The notes under the pieces were generated by a model, which saw nothing but the letters and a program-made list of their open reading frames with translations, did no database searches and was not told the origin of the DNA. A program made the translations under genes and the position numbers. Below, one piece after another: positions 13,412 through 25,594 of a stretch of 64,000 nucleotides of DNA (position 1 is the first letter of the stretch; each line of letters starts with the position of its first letter). Location: NCBI GenBank assembly GCA_023920165.1, contig CP089275.1:5208001-5272000 (forward strand), read 5' to 3'. The DNA is from Curvularia clavata (lineage: Eukaryota).

Positions 13412-16400
13412 ATGTCTGATGTTGTAGCAAACGCTTCACGGCTGAAGCCCGAAATTCGCCTGGCTCAAGCTGTTTCGCAGTTCGAAGCTGACTTGTCAAA
13501 CGAGAACAAAACCGCCTTCCGCACCCTTAAATCGCAATCGCGCAATTCTCCCCCAGATCTGGGCGATGTGATGCGCCTCACAGCTGAGATGGACCGCCAG
13601 ATATCGAAAAAAGCTGGCAGCCGTTGCTTCGGTCCCCGTTTCACTAACTTCCTACAGGGAGTTCAGCAATTCGCTGCGCTTGGGGATGTCATAGTTGGAG
13701 GCTCACAGAACATAATCGCATGCGGCGTCTGGACGCTGGTGCGTATGTCTTTACTCGTCAGTGCCTTGTATTTTGGTGCTTTTATCCACTAATACATCTA
13801 TAGGCAATCGTAAGCTTCTCATCTTACGTTGAGAAATTATCTACTCTTTTCATGGACATTGGTCGCTCAGCCCCACGTTACCAAACGATGGCCCTTCTTT
13901 ATCCACAATCAAAGAGTCTGCAGTCACAGCTTTGTGAATATTTTATCGTAGTAGTTGGTCTTTGCCGTCATCTATTCGCCTTCACAGAGAAGCATACCTT
14001 TCGGCAATTCACGTCTGCTTTGAATGATTCGGATTTGAAGACTTTCCAATCTGACCTCCATCGTTGGGCCAGTTCAATAAAGGAGGAGATAGCCTTGACT
14101 GAAGCTCAAGAGAACTCTCGATTCAGGTCTCTATCCAGCAAATTTTCGAAATCCACGGCCCACCAGCAAAAGCTAGCCGCAAATCTACGAGTGCTCGATT
14201 TTTGCTCACAGTACGACTATGAGACACCGTGGAAACAGACCCGGAAAATCGGAAATTCATCCCTATTCGCGTCGCTTGCCGAATATCAGGAGTGGAAAGA
14301 CTACGCTGGTTCTTGTACGCTTCTGTATACAGGCAAATTGGGATCGGGAAAATCTGTTTTGCTAGCGAATATCGTGGACGACCTTAATATCTGCGCTAGA
14401 AGTAATATGGTTGCAGTGGCATATTTCTTTTGCAGGTACGATACCCCCAAGAGTTTAAGGGCGCGGACAATTCTCGGTTCCCTGGCGCGACAATTGCTGC
14501 GCACTATACCAGACCTTTCTGTGGTGGTAGAAGCGTGCGAAGAGACCTGTTTGACCGAGAGTACCGAAAGAATACTCAAATTAATCTGTCATGGCTTTCC
14601 GTCAGGCTACGAAGCGTACTTCATCCTCGATGGACTAGACGAATGCGAAACTGCAGAGAGAGAAGCAGTAGTTCAAGGACTGGAAAAGATCCAACAGTTG
14701 CTCAAATTTCGACTTTTGATCTCATTTCGACTGGAGCCGAACAATGGATTAGATGCGTTCACTAAGCGACTTGCAATCACCCGGGTTGCCTCGATTCCGG
14801 AGGACAACCCGGACATTGAAGCATTTATTGAAGCAGAGCTAGGACGTTGCCTAGAAAGCCAAAAGCTGGTTATAGGAGACCCGACATTGGTACTAGACAT
14901 TCAGGATGCTCTCGTAAAAGGATCGCAAGGAATGTTCCTTTGGGTGGTCCTCCAGATCCAGTCTCTTTGTGAGATGAGAACAGATGAGGCCATCCGGGAT
15001 GCTCTTGCAGACCTACCTAAAGACCTCTCAGAGACCTTCTCCCGGATCCTGCACAAATCAGGAGAATCAGGACAGTCTTACCAGGTACGAATACTGCAAC
15101 TTGTTGTAGCAGCCTCTCGCCCCCTATCTGCGAATGAGTTGCGAGAAGCTCTTAGTGTAGTTCCTGGAGACACTGTATGGACGCCCTCGAGACTCCTAAA
15201 TGACGTGCATTCGGCGCTGGCCTGCTGTGGATGCCTCCTCACTCTCGACGAAGAAGAGACTACCGTTCGTTTTATACACCACAGCGTCGAGCAATTCCTC
15301 CTTCACAGGTCTCACGACTTGAACAAGATGGCATTTACAGCGGAAATGGCGTAGAGGACAATGGCAGATATTATTGTCACTTATCTCAGCTATGGTGTTT
15401 TCGGAACCGAGCTTTCTAAGATGATGGTGCCTCCAGTTAGGATACAGTCAGCACCATCTAGTGTTATTCGTGCTACTATCGGGTCTTCAAGCACCGTCCA
15501 AAATGTTGCTCTGAAACTCTTAAGGTCAAGAAAGCGGCCTGATTTCGATATCAGCAAGACCCTTGCAGAAGCGCGTAAACCCTTTCAATCGAAAACGGAA
15601 GAACAACTATGCTTCTATTCATACGCGAGAGCGCATTGGCTAGACCACATGTTTTATATATCGGGGCAGTTGGGGACCATGCACGGTCTTTCGGTGAGAT
15701 TAATCAACCGGTGGATACCTCAATCAAATTTGATAGCCAAGGATTGGACAGTTTTCGCTTGGGCCACTGATAATGGTAATAAGGACATTGTTAGGCTTCT
15801 AATTGAATTAGGCAGGGTAAACTCCAACTGGAAGGATCAAGAAGGACGGACGCCGCTCTGGTGGGCCGCAAGGAGCGGACACGAGGCAGTAGTCAAGCTA
15901 TTGCTTGACACAGGCAAGGTTGAAGTTGACGTGAAGGATCAAGAAGAACGGACGCCGCTCTGTTTGGCAGCAAGTAACGGACACGAGGCAGTAGTCAAGC
16001 TATTGCTTGATACAGGCAAGGTTGACGTCGACGTAAAGGATCGAGGATGGACGCCACTCTGGTGGGCCGCAAGGAACGGACACGAGGCAGTAGTCAAGCT
16101 ATTGCTTGAAACAGGCAAAGTTGAAGTTGACGTGAAGGATCAAGAAGGACGGACGCCGCTCTGTTTAGCAGCAAGTAACGGACACGAGGCAGTAGTCAAG
16201 CTATTACTTGAAACAGACAAGGTTGAAGTCGACGTGAAGGATCAAGAAGGACGGACGCCGCTCTGGTGGGCGGCATGGAACGGATACGAGGCAGTAGTCA
16301 AGCTATTGCTTGACACAGGCAAGGTTGATGTCGACGTAGAGGACAAGGAAGGAGGGACGCCGCTCTGGTGGGCCGTAATGAACGGATACGAGGCAGTAGT

Positions 16401-16449
16401 CAAGCTGCTCGAAGTGCCTCCTCCATTCGTTGAAAGACCTGCTAGTTAG
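13412..16449 (+). pseudogene. NACHT-ankyrin NLR-like gene with an in-frame TAG at 15352-15354
   Basis: Helical N-terminal domain, intron ~13757-13803, Walker A GKLGSGKS, Walker B FILDGLDE, GMFLWV; the same frame resumes after GCG-TAG-AGG-ACA-ATG into ankyrin repeats. Confidence 0.8.
15830..16411 (+). repeat. Six near-identical tandem ankyrin-coding units (~102 bp)
   Basis: ACGCC(G/A)CTC (TPL) recurs at 15850, 15952, 16051, 16153, 16255, 16357; spacing 102/99/102/102/102. Confidence 0.95.
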
Positions 16450-17339
16450 TATATGTATTGAATGGCAACTAGTATTGGTATTATAGATAAGAAGAGTATA
16501 GATATAAAAGCTCGGCTAAGTGTGTAATAAATCTAAGGCATACGAGCATCTTTATCAACGTAGTTTACTATTGTATGCATATTTGTTCTCTCTTTTTCAT
16601 AGAAGGCTGGTGATAACTATGAGTATTCTACCTAGGCAATTTGCCACTGCGAAGCAGGGAAGGCGGTCGACCCGCACCGGCACAGACCTTTTGCGCTTTC
16701 TAGAGATAGAAAACAGTAGGAGCTAGGCGCGCAGTGTAGATATCGGGAGCCGATTCTGCAAGCGAGTGTATCAGTGAGAGGCGATAGGGCGTGCAAAACG
16801 GCAATGATTCTGCTCGCCCACTTCGGCAACTTCAGCGAATGGTTCTAATTTGCGGACGCTACCGCGCGCAAGCCGTTCGTTCTCCACATTAGTCTGGCCG
16901 GAGGTGGGTCAAGCTCGGGCGCCGCTACTATGATGCTGACTCGTCGACCAATACAAGGGTCCAGGAAGCCCCACGAGCTCAACCCGCCATGCGATGAAGC
17001 GCTTCGCTGTCCTTTGCATGTCGCCGCCCTCAAATTATCCCAGAAGACAAAGGACACACAGCACGTTTTGTTGTGTTAGAGAAGGAGAATCAAGCGATAC
17101 TTCACGGTAGACGATGCATCCCAAGACCCAGGACCGGCTGCCGAGACGGCTCGAGAGAACTATCAGGTCACTTTGCTCCACTATCACCACCGTTGACGGC
17201 CCCCACCTTCCGTCTTAGCATCCAGAGTACCGAACTAAGACGAGACTTTCCTGGCGCTGTAATCCGAAATCTCTCAGATAAAGTCGGTACCGCCTTCTTC
17301 CTTGGACTTGCGCAAGTTAATCGCATCCACCCCACAGCA

Positions 17340-18650
17340 ATGTCCAAATCTGCGCTCGTATTTGGTGCTTCTGGCGTAACAGGTCTGTGAAGGCACTGCC
17401 TAGATCTCGCAGAAATACTAACATGCACATTACGATACAGGATGGGCCTTTGTCAATGAAATACTCACCGACTATCCCGCAAAGGGTGTTTGGAAGCGTG
17501 TCCACGCACTCTCCAACCGCCCTATCACCTTATCTCAGGCACAATGGCCAGAAGATCCCCGTTTAAACATGGTCCCGGGTATCGACTTGCTCGCCCATAG
17601 CCAAGAAAGCCTCGAGAAAGAGATGAGTCAAAGGATTCCTGATATCGCCGACGTGACACATGTATACTATGTCGCATACAAAGCAGGCTTGGATGTAAAG
17701 AAAGAGATGGATGAAGCGCTTGAAATGTTCTCAAAGGCTGTGGAAGCTGTTGATAAGCTCTGCCCGGCTTTGGAGTTCATCGTATTACAGATTGGAACTA
17801 AGATATGTTCGTCTTCACCTTCAATTACTTTATGTGGCATAAACTTACTATAGTAGATGGCGTCCACCTTCTCGCCGTCCTCCCATGGTACGATGAAGCT
17901 GCAGCACCTGGTACTACGGCACCTTCTCTCCCTCCAGCTCCACGATCCGAGTCCGAACCGCGCATACCAAGCCCGTTTGCTGAAATGTTGTTCTACCACT
18001 CGCAAATAGACTTCATTACCGAATACGCCAAAGACAAGAGCTGGAGCTTCATTGAGACTCGGCCTGACATAATTGTCGGCTTTGTACCAAATCAAAATTT
18101 CTACTCACTGGGTACATCCTTGGGAATTTTCCTAAGTCTGTGGAAAGAGGTCCACGGAGAAGGGGCCAAATGCCCATTTCCTGGTACAGCCAAAACCTGG
18201 AAAGCTTTGAGTAGTGACAGCAGCAGCGACATGATTGCACGCCAAACGATACATCTCACTCTTTCCCCCTCTACCCCCAAGGGCGCTGCCTACAATGTCT
18301 CAGATTCCAAAACGCCGCAAAATTGGGAAACAAAGTGGCCAGTCGTCTGTTCCTACTTCAACCTCGAGGCCACAGAGCCCCTTTCCGAACCCTTCGACAT
18401 GCGCAAATTCATCAATGATAACATGGACACGTGGTTGGCTATGGAGAAGAAATACGGGCTGCAGAGCGGACATGCTGATGGTGGTCGAGGAATGCAGATA
18501 TCTGAGCATTTGCTAATGACAAGGTTCGATTTTGACAGGCAGCTGGATATGACTAAGTTGTATAGCACGGGGTTCACAGAAGAGAGAGGACCGAAAGAGA
18601 CATGGTGGAAGGTATTTGATAGAATGCGCAAGGCGAAAATCATTCCCTGA
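17340..18650 (+). CDS. PRISE-like (progesterone 5-beta-reductase/iridoid synthase; SirQ-like) extended SDR
   Basis: ALVFGASGVTGW, VTHVYYVAY, LQIGTKIYG (across intron ~17807-17857), FYHSQ, TRPDIIVGFVP, C-terminal MRKAKIIP. Confidence 0.82.
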
Positions 18651-18869
18651 ATGCCGTGGTAGCAAGACAAAAAAGGAAGCTTGACACTTTCAAGACTTTT
18701 GCGGCGCATGTTTCGAGCATAAAAGCAGGTAGCGAAGAGTCGGATTTCTGAGCAAGTTATCCGAGGATACAATTTCCTACTCTTCCCATCAAAAACTCCC
18801 AGTGGATCTTGGAAAATTCTTAAATTCTCCCAGACATTAGAGCGTGCATATCTTACTATCCCCACTAAC

Positions 18870-20458
18870 TTAGAACGTCATGTTAATCATGATAGTTTTC
18901 GGTTCCGTGAATGCCCTGAGCGCATGGATACCGCACTCCCTACCCAGCCCACTCTCCTTGCTTCCTCCAAATGGCGTGTTCATGAACATCAAGCTCACGC
19001 AGTTAATACCTACCATGCCACTATCAAACTCACTCGCCACTCGCAACGCCCTGTTGATATCTGTTGTAAACACGCCCGCCATGAGTCCGAAATTGGTGTT
19101 GTTAGACAGCGCCATAACCTCCTCTTCCGTCTTAAACGACTTGACGACTGAAACGGGGCCAAAGATCTCTTCGCAATGGAGCTCGGACTTGGGATCTACA
19201 TCTGTAAAGACGGTAGGCTCAATGTAGTATCCCGATGTGCCGACGCGTTTACCGCCCACGGCGAGGGTACCATGACCATTTTGCTGACCACGCTCGATGA
19301 AGCCTTGGACACGGTTGAACTGCGCTTGGTCGACGAGAGGGCCGATGTTCGTTGCCGTCTCATCTGGATCACCGATTTCCTTCACCTTCTCTTTCATGGC
19401 CGCTTTATACTTCTCAAGGAAAGCGTCATAGATGCCCTCTTGGACGTAGACACGACTGGCAGCGAAGCATACCTGTCCCGTATTGGCTGTGATGGCATCG
19501 GCTGTCCATTTCACTGCATTATCTAGATTTGCATCGTCAAAGACGACGGCAGGAGACTTGCCACCGAGCTCAAGAGTGACACGTTTCAGATTTGATTTCG
19601 CAGCCATTTCTTGGATCTTCTTGCCAGTAGAAATAGAGCCAGTGAAACTGACTTTGCGGATGCGCATGTGGCTTGCGATGAGAGCACCTGTGCTTCCGTC
19701 TCCGGAAAGGACTTGGAAGACACCGGGAGGAAAGCCGGCTTCCTTGATGAGGGTTCCGAGAGCGAGAGCCGAGAAAGGTGTCTTTTCAGACGGCTTGAGT
19801 ATGAAGCAGTTTCCTGTTGCGAGAGCTGGTGCGGCTTTCAACCCCATTGTTCCCATTGGGCCATTCCAGGGTACTATGCCAGCCACCGTGCCTAATGGCT
19901 CGTTGCTATATTGTTGTTAGTCTATGGGAGTCGTTTAGTTACCGGGAGATTAGGAGGTTCATCATACCGCACGATCTTGAGAAAGCCATCTTCTTGGGGC
20001 CATGACTCACCACCAAACTTATCGATGAAGCCAGCATTGTACCTAAATGCCTATTGCAAGTCAGAATTCGATCTAGAACCTAAGAAAAGCAAGACTGGAA
20101 AACAACACACCTCGGCACATAGCCCGACCTCGAAGGCGCCAAACGCTGCTGGCGCACCCAAAGACACTCTCGACAATTGTGCAAGCTCATTTGCGTTTTT
20201 GTCAACCAGTTCCGCGAATCGATTCATAATGCCCCGCCGCTGCGCGGAGCTCATCTTTTTCCATGCGGGAAATGCCTTCTCTGCAGCATCTACAGCGGCA
20301 TCGACATCTTGTTCGCCCGCTAATGGCACGTCGTCCGCGATGAGTTCACCATTCTTGGGGTTGTATAATGTAAGCTTCTTGGGTGATTTAGATTCTACGT
20401 ATTCGTTGTTGATGAAAAGCTGCTTGGGAAGGTTTTTGATTGAATACTGAAACGTCAT
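18870..20458 (-). CDS. NAD(P)+-dependent aldehyde dehydrogenase
   Basis: IVPWN, KPSEKTP, FTGS, TLELGGKS, GQVCFA (catalytic Cys), EEIFGPV, PFGGSKESG; two introns ~19909-20108. Confidence 0.95.
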
Positions 20459-21293
20459 ATTGGGCGAGCCACTGTCGGAAGCGAGTTATGTGAAGGACAA
20501 AGTGTTTCAGGGAAGAGCATATTAGCACAATTTATCGGCTTTGGATGTGGATCCCCCATTTTTGAATCGGGATATAGGATATGTACGAGTAGCCTTACCT
20601 ACATGCAAATGTAGTTAGTCTCACTCCTGTCAGCATAAAGCCTACCGATGGCCAGTCACAGCCGAGTAAACACATCGTAATGGTGTGTGACACGGCGTGT
20701 GGAGATGCGCCCTTGGTAACGACATGACGGGTGAAAAGTCGTTCCGGATGATGTGAGACGTTCCCGCGGTTTGTTTTCCGCTGTCGTAGCGACATGAAAT
20801 CACGAGTCATCTCCTCCACCTTCCCCGCACGTTACCGTGTCATGTTACAAGCACCATGCATGAGACTGATACATGCCGAAGCCGCTGAATAAATGAATCG
20901 AACCAATCGTAGAGTCATGCTTAGGCTTCGAGTTGAGAAAGTTCGGGGTTAGAAAGCAACTGTGTCAGTTAGTTTGGGTAGCACAAAGGACATTAACTGC
21001 CCATGACTTGAGAGTAGCTGAGTGCAACAAATCGCCGACGCGGCTTGAAAATGGGCATTTTTGGGCTTCACAGTGCTATTGAAATGGAAGCGGAAGAGAG
21101 TTTCCTCACAGCGATGCGGAGAAAGAATCCAAACTACAAAGATATCTTGGTGATTTTCCAAGAACTTATAGCAGACCGACCTCTCTCCGTATTTTGAAGA
21201 TACTGGCAGGATTGCAATTTTGAGACTATTCAGATATCTCAAGACTTTTATGTCAGTGTTCACAGCTTATTCCAAGATAATAAATTTCTGAGA

Positions 21294-22187
21294 ATGCCTC
21301 GCAAAGTCGCGTTGATTACTGGAGGCGGCTCCGGAATCGGCCTGGCAGTCGCAAAGACTTTGTCACAACGCTCTAGTATCGATTGGACTGTTCACATAGT
21401 CGATTTGAATAAAGAAGCAGGCACAAAAGCAACGTGTGGTCTTCAGAACGCTCATTTTCATCAAGCCGATGTCGGGGACTATTCTTCTCTTGCTTCCACC
21501 TTCGAGGCAGCCTACAACGATGCCGGACGCTTAGATTTTGTTTTCGCAAATGCCGGCATTGTAGAGAGGGATAACTTCTACGCCAAGCATGATTTGAGTG
21601 GCCCACCGCCTCCGCCTCCAAACCAGTTGAGCATCGATCTCAACTACAAAGCCGTGGTCGACACGTCATATCTTGCATTGCATTATTTTCGCAAGGGAAA
21701 GGCGAAACAAGAAAATGAGGAATTGGACCCCGTTTTGGTCATGACGTCCTCGTGTGGAGGCCTGTATCCGAGCGAATTCTGTCCTATGTATAGTGGAAGC
21801 AAGGCTGCTGTTATCCATTTCAATCGCGCAATCACCGTGGCATATCATCACGAAGGCATTCGAACATTTGCCGTATGCCCTGGCATGATCCGAACCGCAT
21901 TGCTGTCTCAAGAGGAATGGCAGTCCTTCGCCCCTGAGCATTTCACTCCAGTGGAGACAGTTTCAGATACTGTCGTGAAATTGGTTGAAGGTGGGGAAAT
22001 GAAAGATGCAAAAGGTGTAACGAAAAGCAAGTATGAGAACTGGGGGTTGACTGTTGAAGTTAACGGGCGGAACTTTTACTTCAGAACTGGCCCGGAGTTC
22101 TGTGACGATGATATGAAGAATATGATGGCAAATACTAGCATGGCCAAGCAGTTGGCAAGGATCGAGGGAGCTTCCAATGGAGCTTAA
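21294..22187 (+). CDS. Short-chain dehydrogenase/reductase (15-hydroxyprostaglandin dehydrogenase-like)
   Basis: TGGGSGIG, acidic residue in IVDLN (NAD preference), FANAG, YSGSK, VCPG; intronless. Confidence 0.9.
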   Translation: MPRKVALITGGGSGIGLAVAKTLSQRSSIDWTVHIVDLNKEAGTKATCGLQNAHFHQADVGDYSSLASTFEAAYNDAGRLDFVFANAGIVERDNFYAKHDLSGPPPPPPNQLSIDLNYKAVVDTSYLALHYFRKGKAKQENEELDPVLVMTSSCGGLYPSEFCPMYSGSKAAVIHFNRAITVAYHHEGIRTFAVCPGMIRTALLSQEEWQSFAPEHFTPVETVSDTVVKLVEGGEMKDAKGVTKSKYENWGLTVEVNGRNFYFRTGPEFCDDDMKNMMANTSMAKQLARIEGASNGA

Positions 22188-22224
22188 GTGGTAGACAGGT
22201 GCGCCTGAATTTGATTTGAACTTT

Positions 22225-23171
22225 CTATATCTTTGAATGCCGCCCGCTTGCAAGTCTCATCCCACCGTCTACAGCAATATCTTCGCCATTGATGTACGCT
22301 GCTGCAGGACTACATAAGAACACCATGACGCCGGCGATGTCGGAGGGTTCTCCAAGTCGCTTCCTGGGGTTGCTCTGCTCTAACTCTTCCTGTCCCCCTA
22401 ATATATCAATGAGGCCATTAGCAAGTTTGGAAGGAAAGAAGCCAGGTGCAACAGTGTTTGTAGTAATGTTCCTGGGTCCAAGCTCAACAGCTAATTGTCG
22501 CGACAGATGGTGTGCGGCTGCCTTAGAAACGCTATACATGATCGTTCCGTGCTCGCCAACATGAGGTACTGTCGTCCCAGCGGTGGAAGATACAATGATT
22601 ATACGAGAAGGGGAAATGCGAGTACCAGCGCGCTCGAGAAGAGGTGTGAAGCTGATTTCTATTAGTAGTCGCATCGCGGTTTTCGCTTGTCAATGCACAT
22701 ACAGTCTCGCAAGATTGAACACGCCACGGACATTCAAGTCTAAAACCTTCTGGCTCGACCAATCTGGTGTTGGATCGAATGGACCACCCCAAGTGGCTCC
22801 AGCGTTACATACAAGGATATCTAACTTGTCATCGGTCTCCTGCACTTTCTTCACTAATCTTTCGATATCCTTTGTATCTGCGACATTGGCGGCGATACCG
22901 ACCGCAGTACCAGATACAGGCAATTTGTTGAGCGTTTCGACCGCTTGGTCGATACCTTGCTCTCCTTCATTTTTGCGTGCAGAGATAAAAACTTTTTTTG
23001 CGCCTGCGAGGAGGAAGGCAGTCGCCGCATGTAGTCCGAGTCCCCGGGAGCCTAATAAATTGAATTAAATTTACTCTTGGTTGTGATCTATCAATGAGTC
23101 TCACCTCCTGTTACCAAAGCGACCTTGCCGTCGAGCCTGAACATGCGGTCAAAGTCTTTCAATTCGGACAT
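22225..23171 (-). CDS. Short-chain dehydrogenase/reductase (RhlG/3-oxoacyl reductase-like) with PTS1-like C-terminus SKI
   Basis: MSELKDFDRMFRLDGKVALVTGG/SRGLG (spliced), CNAGATWG, YSVSK, APGFFPSK, VDGG; ends RHSKI*. Confidence 0.9.
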
Positions 23172-23274
23172 TGTAATCCTCCCTTAGCCTAAGCAAATCT
23201 AGAGAAGATGACGAAGATAAAACCAGCGGCGTCCCATCTCTAGGAGCAAGATGCCTAGCGAAAATAGGCTGCAT

Positions 23275-23310
23275 CCGAGGAGCTCGGTATATGGAGTATG
23301 ATACCCTCGG
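23275..23310. promoter_or_regulatory. Two FarA/FarB (CTF1)-type CCTCGG elements in the SDR / acyl-CoA ligase divergent promoter
   Basis: CCGAGG at 23275-23280 and CCTCGG at 23305-23310 in a ~350-bp intergenic region between two PTS1-bearing genes. Confidence 0.5.
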
Positions 23311-23517
23311 GAACACGCAGCGGTCTGTGCACTTCCGGGGTTCCCGCATATCGTCTATCGTGGGGTTGCTACCTATTGCAGCCAAACAATACCCACTCAA
23401 TTCAACGTTAGTTCTCCAATACGCATACTGAGTCTTTGGTACTAGATTGTTGCTTTACAAGATTCCAATCAGCCCTCCCAACCAGTTCACTTGACTGAGA
23501 GTTCGCATCCACCAAAC

Positions 23518-25319
23518 ATGCCTTTCTCGTCCCCTTTCCCCGCATTGAACATCCCAAAATGCAACCTGATGGATTATCTTTTTCCACCAGGAAAGACACC
23601 ATCTAATATTCCGATTTGGATTGATTCAAAAAATACAGAACGATACCTGACGTCACAATCGTTACTGCAATGGACAAAGAGATTGGCGCTGGGCTTAGAT
23701 CGTATGGGTAGCAAGCCGGGAAGTGTGGTATTAATCTTTACTCCCAACCACGTCTTTGTTCCAGTCGCATACCTTGGGGTGGTGGGATCCAAGCGTATAT
23801 TCAGTGGCTGTAATCCAGCGTACACGCTCTCAGGTATGTATTTGCTGGCAGACATACAACGTGACACGCTAACAGTCTCAAGAAATGGTGCATCAGGTTA
23901 CGAACACTGAAGCCCAGATCATACTTGCACATCCCAGTCTCATAAAAGTTGCAGTGGCGGCAGCGAAGGGCGCCGGTTTACCAGAAGGTAGAGTCTTTCT
24001 TTTCTCCGACGAGCCGTGTGCTCCAGCCGAAGGCTGCAAAGACTGGAGAGAATTTCTTCCTTCACCAGCCGAAGCAAAGCACTACGAGTTTCCAAGGTTA
24101 TCGGAATATGAAGCAACTACAACAACAGCAACAGTTAACTATTCTTCGGGTACTACTGGACTGCCAAAGGGTGTCGAGGTGAGCCATTATAACTTGATTG
24201 CGAATGTGGAGCAAACAATCTTCGTCCGGTACGCGAAAAAGCCTTGGAATGCCGATACACGACCTGAGGAGAGATGGGTTTCCTTCTTACCTTTGTATCA
24301 CGCCTATGGTCAGCTCTATACCATGTCCATTGCGCAAAAGCTCCAGATCCCATGTTACATCATGCAGAAGTTTGAGTACACCGAGTTTCTGCGGGTTATC
24401 CAAGACCACAAGATAACACACCTACAAGTTGCGCCTCCCATTATGGTCATGTTGAGTAAGAGGCCGGAAACTGCAAAATATGATCTCAGCAGCGTCACGG
24501 ATATCTTGTGCGGTGCAGCGCCGCTATCGAAAGAGCTTCAGAATGAGATAACTAGGAAACTAGGGTGCGAGATCATCCAGGGCTGGGGTATGACTGAGGT
24601 CACTTGTGGTGGCTTGCTTGTGCCTGGAGGCACAGTGGATGAGTAAGAATGACTTCGAAGACATTTTGATCGCGACTAACAACCGGTAGTTCAGGTAGTG
24701 CGGGCCAATTGCAGCCAAACTGCGAAAGCAAACTTCTTGATGATGATGGCAAAGAAGTACCAGAAGGTGAGCCAGGTGAGCTCTATATTCGTGGACCAAA
24801 CGTCTTTTTGCGGTACTGGCGCAACCCTGAAGCAACAAAAGAATCCTTGTCGCCCGATGGTTGGTTGAAGACTGGTGACATTGCCATTGTGAAGAATGGA
24901 TGGTTCTGGATCGTGGATCGTAAAAAGGTAACGACAACCCCCAAAAAGCATCAATACAAGTGCTAACACGTTTACAGGAACTTATTAAAGTAAATGCGTT
25001 GCAGGTCGCACCTGCGGAGCTTGAGGCTGTGCTACTTCAGTTTGATCCCATTGCAGATGCAGCCGCAGTAGGCATCACTATTGATGGACAAGAATGGCCC
25101 CGCGCTTATGTGGCACTCAAAGAAGAATACAAGGGCAAGACGACCGCGGAAGATATTCACAAACACATGAAAATGAAGGTCGCGAAGCACAAGCAACTGG
25201 TGGGTGGCATTGTATTCGTAGATGAAGTGCCGAAGTTGCCATCGGGGAAGATTGTGAGAAAACTTGTTAAGCAATGGGCTCAGAGAGACGCAGAAAAGAT
25301 GAGCAAAGCCAGGCTATAG
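23518..25319 (+). CDS. 4-coumarate-CoA ligase-like acyl-CoA synthetase with PTS1 (ARL)
   Basis: YSSGTTGLPKG, LPLYHAYG, QGWGMTE, WLKTGD, DRKKELIK, PKLPSGK; three introns; ends KARL*. Confidence 0.93.
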
Positions 25320-25594
25320 TTCCTTCGTGGTTATCAATTACTTCCTGTAGCCGACTCCTCTATAAGGTCAATTCAATATCTTGTTTTGCTCTCATGCCAG
25401 AAGCGTACGACATGAGGTGAAAGAGAAGTCTAAGAAAGGCCCGGAATAAAACAATTGTTGAATGGAAACAAAACCGGACCTGCTTTTATAAGACATAACG
25501 ATATTCTGCTCAATATAACTAGAGACTAAGGCTTTGGGCTCAGCAATCGTCCCAACGCATGCTTCTATGTATAATTGCCGACCTTCGTTAGCAT

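Noticed and set aside
15830..16411. CRISPR-like or non-coding tandem array
   Set aside because: Units are in-frame ankyrin repeats without unique spacers, in a fungal genome.
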